Origin: Macrostomum hystrix
Taxonomy: Eukaryota; Animalia; Platyhelminthes
Assembly (NCBI GenBank): GCA_950097015.1
Contig: CATNEN010000038.1
Coordinates: forward strand, 23,932,001-23,996,000
Length of the DNA: 64,000 nucleotides
Reading direction: 5' to 3'
Shown: positions 1-60,605 of the stretch, one piece after another
Layout of the letters: every line of letters begins with the position of its first letter
How positions within the stretch are numbered: position 1 is the first letter of the stretch
Translations under genes and position numbers: made by a program
Notes under the pieces: generated by a model
Told to the model about the DNA's origin: nothing
Database searches by the model: none
Seen by the model: the letters and a program-made list of their open reading frames with translations, nothing else

Positions 1-2270
1 AATACCTGAACGGACACTCAGTAGATAAAATAATTTATTTAGAGATAAAAATTTAGTTCTCTTTTAACTGACCCTTGCGTACATTAAATTAGGCTACAGA
101 GAGACAACGGAAAAGAGTAATGTCCTGCAACCAGTCTTTAACAAAGTTGATTATTCAAAGCGGACTATAACAAACAGGGTTTACGTATCACATGACAATT
201 AATAAAAATTTTAAGCAAAGCCTGTGCAAAAGTGTCGATGTTGACTGAATGGAAAATAACAATAACAATATACGAGTACATTGAAAATACTAGACAATTT
301 AGTTTTCTAAATTTAGGCCATAGACACTGCAAGATTAGAAAATGTAAACACAACTAACCTATTAAGAAATAAACACAAGGAATGGTGGGCTGACGATATT
401 AAACATCAATTTGTTTCGTCTTTATAATATTCTTTGGAATAATAGCGATTGAGATACATCAAACAATGCGTGTATACTATCCTATACACACCTGTGTACA
501 TGCAGCTGTTCAGTCCATGGACGGCAAATCTCGACCCAAATTTGTATCCCAACTAGTGCTGGTACCTATTTTACAGCAAGGAGAATGTTTATAAACAAAT
601 ACCTAAGGTATTCTATCTTATTGGAGGAAGAAATTATTGCGATAAATAGGCGTAAAACTTAATGACTTCAATTCAACCTTTAGTCTCAAGTCGCACATTC
701 ATTAATCGACTGACATTATACATACTACTGTTTAGTAGTAGGTGTAGAAACTTACTTATGAAACTTTACGAAACTTAAGATGCTGCTTATGTTGTGCAGG
801 AGTAATTAAAAAAAGAGAGTAGCTTTTATGCATACATTAAACCCCCACTTTTATATATATAAGTATATATATATATACATATTTGCTTTAATGTTCTAGT
901 ATTTCGTGCAGTAAGACCTGAAGCACACGACAAAAAAGTAAATATATACTAAAAAATTGTACATGTACAATAAAGTGAACATCTATTAGTCGTTTAAAAG
1001 CACAACAAAAAAGACCAGTTGACTATGATATAATATAGTCTATTGGACTTGACATAAAATAGCAAAAAAACTTAGCAAACTAAAAGAATCACAAAACTAT
1101 ATTATGAACATTCTGACTAGATAATAACTGACTTCTTTTGCACTATTGATGACTGCAATGCCGTAGTGACAAAAAGGTTCGTTAAACGAATTTCGGTGGC
1201 GCACAATTACAGAATGTGTGGGTTTTTATTTTTTGGATAATAATATTTCTGCTAGAAACATACGAGCTAAAACAAGCCTTTAGTAAAGCATGATGTCTAA
1301 AAATATGGTAAAATATGATTAAAATTAAAATAGGTCTTATTACACGTTAACGACTACTATATATGTTTGAGGTAACAAAACCACACGGAAGAAAACAACA
1401 AATAAATAGATTTGGAAACAAAAATCTACAAAATTCAACATCAGAATGTTTGTTACCACAATCAGCCTACATAAAAAATACTCAAAATAATAGACTCCTC
1501 GCGTATTTTAAAAACAGACTTTTGAAAACACATTTAAGTATACTTATTAGGACACAATAAAAGTCCTATTCTTTGATATTAGCAATTTCAAAGCTTAATA
1601 ACATAAGCAGGAAAAAGCTATCAAAAGCAAAGCAAAGCTCGATGAGACATAAAAAAATAAATCAATCGTCTAAATTCTTGTTCTCTCAACGTGAAGGAAT
1701 CTTTCAATAAAGTACGTTTTCTTTTTTAATTTTAACTTACTAAAAAGTGTAACTCAACAAATTTCCGGCGAAGGAGTTTCTCAAATGTAGTTCAACACTT
1801 AAAACAAAATCTAAAAACTCTATTAAAAACGACATTATTAAACTCAGCTGTGAAAGATTCACAGCCGCTTCTATATGACAGTCTATATGGACTTAATTTC
1901 ACCCCAGCTAATGCTGATACTGCATGTATATACATATTTTACAGTTGATCGAGTAAACTGAAGCATTATAAAGTATCTGGCTTAAGGACAGATGCCTGTC
2001 AAAGGCCGAAACTATATAATCCACAATAGGCTACAGGCCCACAAACAATTACAAAACAACAGTTCGAGAGGCAAAGCTGGGGGAAACAGAAAACAAACTG
2101 CAAAACAAATAACTGAGAGACTGGAAACAACAAAACTTCGATGAAAACTTCACCTAGGCGCTTAGATTGAACTTAGTTAAACATTTTTAACTGATTCAGC
2201 TTATTTTCTGAACCAGGTTTCACTAACTTTAGGAGAGTCAAGATCGGCTTAACAGAAATTCGACGCCACA

Positions 2271-49887
<47,617 letters not shown>

Positions 49888-52789
49888 AGAAAAGTTAGAC
49901 TGAAGATGATGGAGTCTAACTTAACTATATTTTAGCAAGGAATTAATGTAGCTTATTCTTAAATATTGACATTACTAATGAAGCAACCATAAGAAGAGGC
50001 TGCTTCTAGGACTTTTTTGTTTTAGCAAGCTTTGAAAAGAGACAAATCGCATTGACAGTTATGATCGATATCGAAGTGTTTTCTTTTTAATTGTGATTTT
50101 AAATTCAAGCTGCACAAATAACGCGCACTTCAATACGAGTTTTAATAAAATTTCCCATAAATAAATATAATTTTGTGTATAATGCTCTTACAAATTTGAG
50201 TTTTTGCATTATATTATAATTATGTAAGAAGGGAAAATATTTTCAACCTTTTTAATATTAACGTTTCAGTGATTTGGTTTACGCACCATTTCCTTTTGTT
50301 TTCTGAAACTAATCTATTGATATAGTTTTTTAATCGCTAAATTACCGATGGTTTTATCGATGGTTTTCTGTCATTTTGTGTTAGTCTGAACTAAACTGGT
50401 GTATATTTATAAAGAAAAAAATGAAAATTTTTATTTTTTTAATGCTACTTGAACTGCTGTACGTAAAATAATTTTATTAATTTTCTTTCTAACGAGCGCA
50501 TAATAGCTTCTACGGTCATGGTTTTATTATTGACTGTATGTGCGAAAAGTGGGAAGCAGCTTTTCTGTATTATTTTTATAATGGTATTATACTATATACT
50601 GTCAAGTACCACTATATAATATATTCCTAGTCCTTTTGACTATTTTTGTGGATATAGGACTTGATATTTTGATGCACCTTTGTGATGCATTGTATTTGTA
50701 TGAATCGTATCACAATCCTTTTTCCTTAAACTATTTCCCTACATATTTAGGACATTTTAGTACTTTGAAATTGATTTGTAGCTTTTATAGCTTACGGAAT
50801 AAAATAGAAATATATAAGTTGAAGGTGATATACCTATAGCATAAAACTAAACACAGCGTGCGAAGTATGGTAAAAGTACTAGGCCTACACAGAATATATT
50901 CAGGTTTCAGTTCACTTTGATTGTTTACCCTTCGAACATCGAACTTATAATTAACCGTGAACAGGCTGCTTCAATCCTACATGGCTTGCAGAATGTGCAA
51001 TACTATATTTATAAATAATTATCGCTAGGTCATTATCGATTCTTTTCTAGTTGTTACACGCGAGTACTCTCAGAAACAATCGTAAATGTATTCGGCAGTA
51101 CACCAATGTTTCTTTCACGCACTTGTAATTTATTTTTACGTCTATTTCAAATTACTGTATGAACCGCTATATATAGTGATCAATACTGGAGATAATTTAC
51201 AGAGCCGCGATCTGCGCTGCCGAAGTTTCAGTGCACAATATATTTGCGTCAGTAACACATTGTGGCTATTTTGCTCAGGACTCAGTGGAATAGGCAGAAT
51301 TGCCTCGTCTCGCTTGCTTTAATGCTAGTCTCGATTTATATTACATCATATTACAAACACATAAATTATTATGTGCGTACGAGCTAAAACAATAAGTTTT
51401 TAATGAAAAAAACTCACCTGATTTATATCAATCTACGATCGAAACCACCCACAAAAATTGACGTTGAAATTTACTACCCTTGCTTTTGTCTTTTCAATTT
51501 TAAATAACAATTTACACATTTATGTATTTGAAACATGCGGATCACGAACGTACAGCAAAAAATTATTATACTAATGCATTTTGTGCTAAGATGTGAGCTC
51601 TATCAATACACTAATACAGCGAAAATGAAAAAATGTAATTTTTGGCAACTTTGCATCCTTATTTTTACCTGGACGCAAAGACATTCAACAAAATTGTGTC
51701 GCAGAGAAAACAAAAAAATCAATGTTTTTTGTGAGCTTTCGAATTATTAAAAAAATTGAAATAGAAAAATCTAGGTTGATTGCTTTGTAAACATTTCCCG
51801 CGGGAGTCAATTAATTAGAGTTAACACATTTTCCGGGGTGTCTGAACTAGTGATACAACAATTTACCCGCGACTTTTTAATTTGTATCAACACCTTTCTA
51901 ATGGACTATCCTTGTAATTTAAAGTGGCTTTAAATAATTTTTTCTTATAGGTGTCTCGACAGCTTTTAGTCTTTCTGTTTTAACAATAAGTTTATATAGA
52001 CTGCAAAAAGAGTAATAACAACAGGTAAGCACACATATGGAGCATAATGGAACAATAGCAGTTACTATTAGAATGCATGCATTAAACTAAAAATTAGCAT
52101 AGCAGTTGTTGAATGCTATATGAAGGGGCTATAAGCTACTTACAGTGGGGACGACTGATTAATAATGCCACTAAAAAATAAAAGTACAGTCACTGACACT
52201 ATAATGAGTATTGAGGTGCCGGCCTTCGGATCTCAGCCGAGTTTTCATTGCTGAAATAAAATTTGACGGGTTTCATTTTTTTCAGGTAATTTCAGCAAAA
52301 AAAATTCTGGACACTTGCCTTAATCTCCTCACATTGTTCAGGGCCACAGAAAAGTTTCTTAGAAACAGTGTCACTTTATTTCATCTCTTATTTCATTACA
52401 ATGCTTCATTAGCCTGGATCCTAACTGCCGTGAATTATGTCTTACCATCTGTAGCGTCTTTAACTCCCATTTTGCCAAAAATGATGAATTTCTATTCATA
52501 GTAAAGCAACTGGAATTACAAAGGCGTGTCTTCTTCTAGTTTGCTGGCTTTTTTGTAAATGCAGCGACTATAGAGCTAACTCACAATTGACTAACTTAAC
52601 TATTGTTTGAGCAATTCTTTAACAGTGCGAGTTAATACCAGCACAGTGTATTTGATTGGCAGTGGGACTCTTTCATTATTGGTGGTCGGTAAAAGTACAA
52701 TTTAACATGACGTTTTTTAGTTTAGAATATCCTTTTAACTCAATCAATCGATGATTTTACTGAGAGGATACTTATATGAACCTTTATAG

Positions 52790-52998
52790 GGTGTTAGAGC
52801 CTATAGCTAGTGGTTAGAGCGTCGGACTCACGACTTTTGCTCCAGTTCACCCAGCTGATAAATGGGTACTAGCATTAGCTGGGGTATTTGAGGGTGTGGC
52901 GTCTCCCCAGTCCATGGACTGAACAGTCGTACGCAGCAGCTTTCAGATGCAGATGTCGGCTGTACATCCGACCCAATTGGGGCAGGTGTAATTGATTA
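52790..52998 (+). mobile_element. SINE family B copy
   Basis: tagctagtggttagagcg head, cacccagctgataaatgggtac, cagtccatggactgaacag. Confidence 0.75.
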
Positions 52999-53040
52999 TG
53001 CATTGACCCAGGACTATAAACAGCGAGAGGTCAATACGTT

Positions 53041-53696
53041 GCATTCTGCTAACTCCTGAGCACAAATGCAATCTGCTAACTCCTGAGCACAAATGCAATC
53101 TGCTAACTCCTGAGCACAAATACAATCTGCTAACTCCTGAGCACAAATGCATTCTGCTTACTCCTGAGCACAAATGCAATCTGCTTACTCCTGAGCACAA
53201 ATACAATCTGCTAACTCCTGAGCACAAATACAATCTGCTTACTCCTGAGCACAAATGCAATCTGCTTACTCCTGAGCACAAATGCAATCTGCTTACTCCT
53301 GAGCACAAATGCAATCTGCTAACTCCTGAGCACAAATGCAATCTGCTAACTCCTGAGCACAAATACAATCTGCTAACTCCTGAGCACAAATACAATCTGC
53401 TTACTCCTGAGCACAAATGCAATCTGCTTACTCCTGAGCACAAATGCAATCTGCTTACTCCTGAGCACAAATGCAATCTGCTTACTCCTGAGCACAAATG
53501 CAATCTGCTTACTCCTGAGCACAAATGCAATCTGCTTACTCCTGAGCACAAATGCAATCTGCTAACTCCTGAGCACAAATGCAATCTGCTTACTCCTGAG
53601 CACAAATGCAATCTGCTTACTCCTGAGCACAAATGCAATCTGCTTGCTTACTCCTGAGCACAAATGCAATCTGCTTACTCCTGAGCACAAATGCAG
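53041..53696. repeat. 27-bp minisatellite
   Basis: CTGCT(T/A)ACTCCTGAGCACAAATGCAAT, ~24 copies. Confidence 0.95.
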
Positions 53697-53768
53697 GTGC
53701 TCTGGATACTTACCTAGATAAAATGACAATCTTTAGAAATTCGGGTTAGAATCTGTCCAGTCTCATTT

Positions 53769-56700
53769 CTACGACTTGTCCGTCAGCCGTTTGATGATGG
53801 CGTCCTGATCAACGAAGTCCAATATGAAAGGCGCGTTCATCAGAATGGCGACTGTGCCGAAAATGGTGACGGTAGAGAAAATCACCAACTGAATTCTATC
53901 TATCACCGAAGCGACGTATTTCCAGTCTTGGAGCACCTGTAACAATATTAGGTCCAGTGCATGGGTGGGAAAAAACTTAATCGAGAGAACAAGTTCTGCA
54001 AATACAATAGCTTAAAGTCCCTGACAAAAATAGCATAAAATTTGAGAAATGTTAGCTTATTGCCTCTATAGTCAGTGTTCTATATATCATGCACTCACTA
54101 ATAGACTTGAGAAAGTTGAAATCGTTAGAGATATACGAGAAGTATAACTCATCATTCAAAGCCGTACGAGTCAGCATCATCGACTCTTGGACATTGCTCT
54201 TTGTATGTTAGCTCTTTGGCGAATCCATATCGGTTGAAATGTCTTAAAATAATTACCAATAACAATCCATACAGCAATAGTTGCCGACATGATTACAAGA
54301 TACAATTTTGTGAGCAGAAAGTTTTGCCTATAGAAATAGGTGGTTTTTGCCACCAGACATTCCGACGAGAGTTCAGACCGCTATTCAGACCGCTAATCGT
54401 TGAATAGCGGTCTCTGAATCGAAGAATCTCGACGATGCCGACGTTTTGTGATTCTGTACGCTGTTGTCTACTGTTAATTTCAGTTTTGGCCTCCTGCCCC
54501 TTGCACAAAAATGTCATAAACCAGTCCACAGACTCACCCGTTTATATTCGTCTTCAATTCTCAGATGCGTGGAAATGAAATTGATTGCCGCTATGGCTCT
54601 TCTTAGCTCAGGAGTCACTTCCAGACCGCTAAATGGTGGTGCTTGCTGCTGCTGCTGCTGCTGCTGGAAGCTTTCGTCGACGCTGTTAAAATCGCGCAGC
54701 TCAAACTGCTCATTTGGTGTGTGAGCATTGTTTAAATCGCCGAATTCTCCACAGCCAGTCGGACTTTGAGGAAAGCTAGACTGAAATCCTCGGATAGTTC
54801 GCCTGTTGCCGCTGCCGTTGCATTTTTCGGCCATTCGACTCATACGATGCTTAGCGATTTCCTCTCGATCAATATGCTCCGGCCGTTTCATAAACAATAC
54901 CCTTGGCAGGTATTTGAGAAACACCAGCCTGACCCAGTTAGGCATCTTGTGCGTTCGCGGCGTCCGGAAATTCCAGTTGATGATGATCACGGTGAAGACA
55001 ATAGTGATGATGTTCATTATGAAAGTGAACAATAGAAATTTTGATATCAACGGTATTGAGATGGAGGTTGGGGGCAGAATCTTGCTGACTAGCAGGAGGA
55101 ACACGACAAGAGCCAGGAGAATGGAGATGCACAGTGTCATCTTCTCGCCAGCGTCGGCAGGCAGGTAGAAGACGCAGACGCTGAGAAAGGAGATGAGTAC
55201 ACACGGTATGATGAGGTTGACGGTGTAGAATAAAGTCTTCCTTCTGATGGTGATGGTGAAGATCATCATGGTCTGTGGCGGCTGCCCACTCTTCTCAATG
55301 CGGGTGATGTTTCCCGGACAGTCGATGATGTCCCAGGACCCGGACTTCCAGTAGTCGTTCAGGTCAGCGACTCGGGCGCCTTCGTACCAATCAAGCACCA
55401 CCTGAGTTTTGTGTGAGCCGTGAGGCACCATTTGACACCGATTCTACCATTTTACACCCTTTCGATTCTACCATTTTACACCCTTCGATTCTACCATTTT
55501 ACACCCTTCGATTCTACCATTTTACACCCTTCGATTGTTACATTCTACACCCTTTGATTCTACTATTTTCTACCATTCTACACCCTTTGATTCTACCATT
55601 CTACACCCTTCGATTCTACCAATTTACACCCTTCTTTTCTAACATTTTACATCATTTGATTCTATCGTTTTACACCCTTCGATTCAAAAAATTTACACCC
55701 TTCAATTCTATCATTCTACACCAATCGATTTAACCATTTTACACCCTTCGATTCTACTATTTTACACCCTTCGATTCTACCATTTTACACCCTTTGATTC
55801 TACCATTTTACACCCTTCGATTCTACCATTTTGCACACTTCGTTTCTACCATTTTACACCCTTTCGATTCTACCATTTTACACCCTTTCGATTTTACCAT
55901 TTTACACCCTTACGCCGGAAAGTTCACCTGGGTTGCATCGAATGTCCAGCTACCGAATTTCATTTCGCACTCCTGCTGATCAAACGGGAAGTATTTAACG
56001 TGGATGGTGCATGAGCTCTTGTAGATTGCTGGCGGCACCCACAGAATGATGCCGCTGCTGAATATGAGAATGTTTGGCTGCCAAGATACTTCGTAACGGC
56101 CGTCGGCGCTGGAAATAATTGTTCAGAAGATGCTAAATTGGCGTCAGCGGGTGTCAGGAAGGTGTGAGATTAGTTTTAGTGTGTTATCAATTTTATTTTA
56201 GGATTTTGTCAATGAGATTTCAGAAAGGTGTCAGATCGGTTTCAGGAAGGTGTCAGGTTGATTTCAGGAAGGTTTCAGGTTGATTTCAGGAAGGTTTCAG
56301 GTTGATATCAGGAAGGTTTCTGGTTGATTTTAGGAAGGTGTCAGGTTGAATTCAGGAAGGTGTCAGGTTGATTTTAAGAATGTGTCAGGTTGTTTTCAGG
56401 AAGGTTTCAGGTTGGTATCAGGTTGGTGTCAGATCGGTTTTAGGATGGTGTCAGTTTGGTGTCAGGAAGGCGTCATGTCACTTTTAGAAGGGTGTCGAAA
56501 ATTTTTAAGATTCTAAGAAGGTGGTAATGAGTATTGAGTAAGTTGTGTACTTATTGCTTACTTATTGTACAACACAATGTCTGGCTTCCAGATTTTGTTA
56601 GGATTAACGCGGATTACTTGAATGCCGCCGAAATCGCTAGGGTCCCAACGGAGCTGATAGTCGGACCAAGTCTGAAAAGTAAAATTTGGGTCCAATAGTT

Positions 56701-59700
56701 TTTTTGACATGTTTTATTGACCCTTTTTACAGAGGAGGTTCAGATGTACTCGAACTTTGATTCGTGACAATTTGCCTTTGCTTGGGCAAGATTGCAAGGT
56801 AAGATTCTATCCTCTCTCAGATAAATAAGAAGAAGATAGAGGATGGCAAAGTGGCTTCTAGCTGGAGGGTACGTACTGCGTGGCTTTGACACACGGATGT
56901 CTGTCGCGTGCTTTGGCAGCTGTAGTAATAAAGCTTTGGCTCAGGGAATCTAAGTCCACCGTACTGCTAGAGGTCAATATTCTGGCCGAAATAAAACACT
57001 TTCGCTTTCTCCTCTCTTCCGCAAAATTGTTTCGATGTGTTAGGCCATCGCTCTATTGACTTAAAAGTCATCTCAAAGTCGTAGAAACGGATACACGTTT
57101 TTGGACTATGCGCAATAAAAAAAGTGAAGAGAGATGAAGGAAAGGATGTAGAGGAGAGGAGACAGAGAAAGGAACAGAGAGGGAAGGGAGAGAGAGGAAG
57201 AAAGAGAGAAAGGGAGAGGGAGAGAAAGGGGGAGACGAAAGGAGAGAGAGGAAGGGAGAGAGGAAGGGAGAGAGGTAGGTAGAGAGGAAGGTAGAGAGGA
57301 AGGGAGAGAGGAGGGTAGAGAGGAAGGTAGAGAGGAAGGGAGAGAGGAAGGGAGAGAGGAAGGGAGAGAGGAAGGGAGAGAGGAAGGTAGAGAGGAAGGG
57401 AGAGAGGAAGAGAGAGGAAGGTAGAGAGGAAGGGAGAGAGGAAGGTAGAGAGGAAGGTAGAGAGGAAGGTAGAGAGGAAGGGAGAGAGGAAGGTAGAGAG
57501 GAAGGTAGAGAGGAAGGTAGAGAGGAAGGTAGAGAGGAAGGGAGAGAGGAAGGTAGAGAGGAAGGGAGAGAGGAAGGTAGAGAGGAAGGGAGAGAGGAAG
57601 GTAGAGAGGAAGGTAGAGAGGAAGGTAGAGAGGAAGGTAGAGAGGAAGATAGAGAGGAAGGTAGAGAAGAAGGGAGAGAGGAAGGTAGAGAGGAAGGTAG
57701 AGAGGAAGGTAGAGAGGAAGGGAGAGAGGAAGGTAGAGAGGAAGGTAGAGAGGAAGGTAGAGAGGAAGGGTGAGAGAAAGGGTGAGAGGAAGGGTGAGAG
57801 GAACGGGAAGATGAGAAGGGAGTAAAAAGAAGGGGGAAGTGTGGAGTGGCAGTAAGAGGAGAGGAAGGTAGAGAGGAAGGGAAATATATGGTAGCATTAG
57901 TGAAGAGAATACGATCTTTTTTACATTTTCTTGTTTCAAAGGCTTTAGGAAAAATCCGTGCAATAATAAGGAATAATAAATTAGAAAAGCAGTCTCACCA
58001 TCCTTAGCCACACGTTACTCTTCATCACTTGACTTTTTTCCTCCTAAAATTAATAATAGACAGATTAAAAAAACAGTTGAATATAATCGAGAAGTACTCA
58101 GAAAAGTGTCATTATTAGTTATTTTTAAATACGGTTCACTTGCCACATTGATGAGCTGAATCATGGCGAGACCAAAACCAACTTTCACAGTCTGGTTGAG
58201 ATTAGACACTGGCCTAATCAGCCTGTTGTAGCCTTTGTGCTTGAACAGCAGGTTAACTAGCTTGATTTCATCATCGCTGCCAATGCCTGCCAAGGGTTTG
58301 TTGATAGACTAGCAATCCATTCTACTGATTAAGCTACGATATAGGCTAGTCTAGCAATCCATTCTACGAATTTATCTGCGATATAGGCTAGTCTAGCAAT
58401 CCAGTATATTAATTTAGCTCCGATATAGGCTAGTCTAGCAATCCATTCTACTGATTAAGCTACGATATGGGCTAGTCTAGCAATCCAGTATATTAAATTT
58501 AGCTCCGATATAGGCTAGTCTAGCAATCCAGTATATTAATTTAGCTCCGATATAGGCTAGTCTAGCAATCCATTCTACTGATTAAGCTACGATATGGGCT
58601 AGTCTAGCAATCCATTCTACTGATTAAGCTACGATATAGGCTAGTCTAGCAATCCATTCTACTGATTAAGCTACGATATGGGCTAGTCTAGCAACCCATT
58701 ATATTAATTTAGCTCCGATATAGGCTAGTCTAGCGATCCATTATATTAATTTAGCTACGATACAGGCTAGTCTAGCAATCCATTCTACTGATTAAGCTAC
58801 GATATGGGCTAGTCTAGCAATCCAGTATATTAATTTAGCTACGATATAGTCTAGTCTAGCAATCCGTTCTACTGATTAAGCTACGATATAGGCTAGTCTA
58901 GCAATCCATTCTACTGATTTAGCTACGATACAGGCTAGTCTAGCAATCCATTATATTAATTTAGCTACGATACAGGCTAGTCTAGCAATCCAGTATATTA
59001 ATTTAGCTACGATATAGGCTAGTCTAGCAATCCATTCTACTGATTTAGCTACGATACAGTCTAGTCTAGCAATCCATTATATTAATTTAGCTCCGATATA
59101 GGCTAGTCTAGCGATCCATTATATTAATTTAGCTACGATACAGGCTAGTCTAGCAATCCATTCTACTGATTAAGCTACGATATGGGCTAGTCTAGCAATC
59201 CATTCTACTGATTAAGCTACGATATAGGCTAGTCTAGCAATCCATTCTACTGATTTAGCTACGATATGGGCTAGTCTAGCAATCCAGTATATTAAATTTA
59301 GCTCCGATATAGGCTAGTCTAGCAATCCAATACATTAATTTAGCTCCCGTATAGGCTAGTCTAGCAATCCATTCTACTGATTAAGCTACGATATGGGCTA
59401 GTCTAGCAATCCAGTATATTAATTTAGCTACGATATAGGCTAGTCTAGCAATCCATTCTACTGATTTAGCTACGATATGGGCTAGTCTAGCAATCCATTC
59501 TACTGATTTAGCTACGATATAGGCTAGTCTAGCAATCCATTCTACGGATTTAGCTGCGATATAGGCTAGTCTAGCAATCCATTCTACTGATGTAGCTACG
59601 ATATAGGCTAGTCTAGCAATCCATTCTACTGATGTAGCTACGATATAGGCTAGTCTAGCAATCCATTATATTAATTTAGCTACGATATGGCTATTCTAGC

Positions 59701-60605
59701 AATCCATTATATTAATTTAGCTACGATATGGCTATTCTAGCAATCCATTATATTAATTTAGCTACGATATAGGCTAGTCTAGCAATCCATTCTACGGATT
59801 TAGCTGCGATATAGGCTAGTCTAGCAATCCATTCTACTGATGTAGCTACGATATAGGCTAGTCTAGCAATCCATTCTACTGATGTAGCTACGATATAGGC
59901 TAGTCTAGCAATCCATTATATTAATTTAGCTACGATATGGCTATTCTAGCAATCCATTATATTAATTTAGCTACGATATAGGCTAGTCTAGCAATCTATT
60001 CTACTGATGTAGCTACGATATAGGCTAGTCTAGCAATCCATTCTACTGATGTAGCTACGATATAGGCTAGTCTAGCAATCCATTCTACTGATGTAGCTAC
60101 GATATAGGCTAGTCTAGCAATCCATTCTACTGATGTAGCTACGATATAGGCTAGTCTAGCAATCCATTATATTAATTTAGCTCCGATATAGGCTAGTCTA
60201 GCAATTCGTTATATTAATTTAGCTACGATATGGCTATTCTAGCAATCCATTATATTAATTTAGCTACGATATAGGCTAGTCTAGCAATCCATTATATTAA
60301 TTTAGCTCCGATATAGGCTAGTCTAGCGATCCATTATATTAATTTAGCTACGATATAGGCTAGTCTAGCAATCCATTATATTAATTTAGCTCCGATATAG
60401 GCTAGTCTAGCGATCCATTATATTAATTTAGCTACGATACAGGCTAGTCTAGCAATCAATTATATTTAGCTACTATGTGGGCTAGTCTAGCAATCCATTA
60501 GAACTCACCTGACTCTCGAACTTGTTGGCTCTGTTGCACGCAGCAGCAGAAAAGTGTCATTATTAGCATATGCTCAAACGTTCTCATCAATGGAAAATAA
60601 TTCAT
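53769..60605 (-). CDS. Nicotinic acetylcholine receptor non-alpha (beta-type) subunit, cation-selective Cys-loop channel, 7 coding exons, ~535 aa
   Basis: Exons 60509-60605 (putative signal peptide, least certain), 58144-58286, 57999-58043, 56562-56671, 55928-56108, 54538-55401, 53769-53936 sum to 1608 nt. Motifs: [21 protein letters not shown], Cys-loop [16 protein letters not shown]1 [16 protein letters not shown]2 [30 protein letters not shown]4 [12 protein letters not shown]. Loop C has no vicinal Cys-Cys, so it is non-alpha. Confidence 0.93.
55430..55910. repeat. 23/24-bp minisatellite
   Basis: TTTTACACCCTTCGATTCTACCA. Confidence 0.9.
56215..56475. repeat. 22-bp degenerate minisatellite
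   Basis: TCAGGAAGGT(G/T)TCAGGTTGATT. Confidence 0.8.
57130..57885. repeat. Polypurine 12-bp repeat
   Basis: AGAGAGGAAGG(G/T) tandem. Confidence 0.93.
58305..60500. repeat. 42-bp minisatellite filling nAChR intron 1
   Basis: TAGCAATCCATTCTACTGATTAAGCTACGATATAGGCTAGTC, ~52 copies. Confidence 0.95.

Noticed and set aside
50060-50365. DRE-like ATCGAT motifs upstream of NF1 as a promoter
   Set aside because: Imperfect short matches; not supportable without TSS data.
54766-55168. Plus-strand ORFs overlapping exons
   Set aside because: Antisense shadows of GC-rich coding exons.
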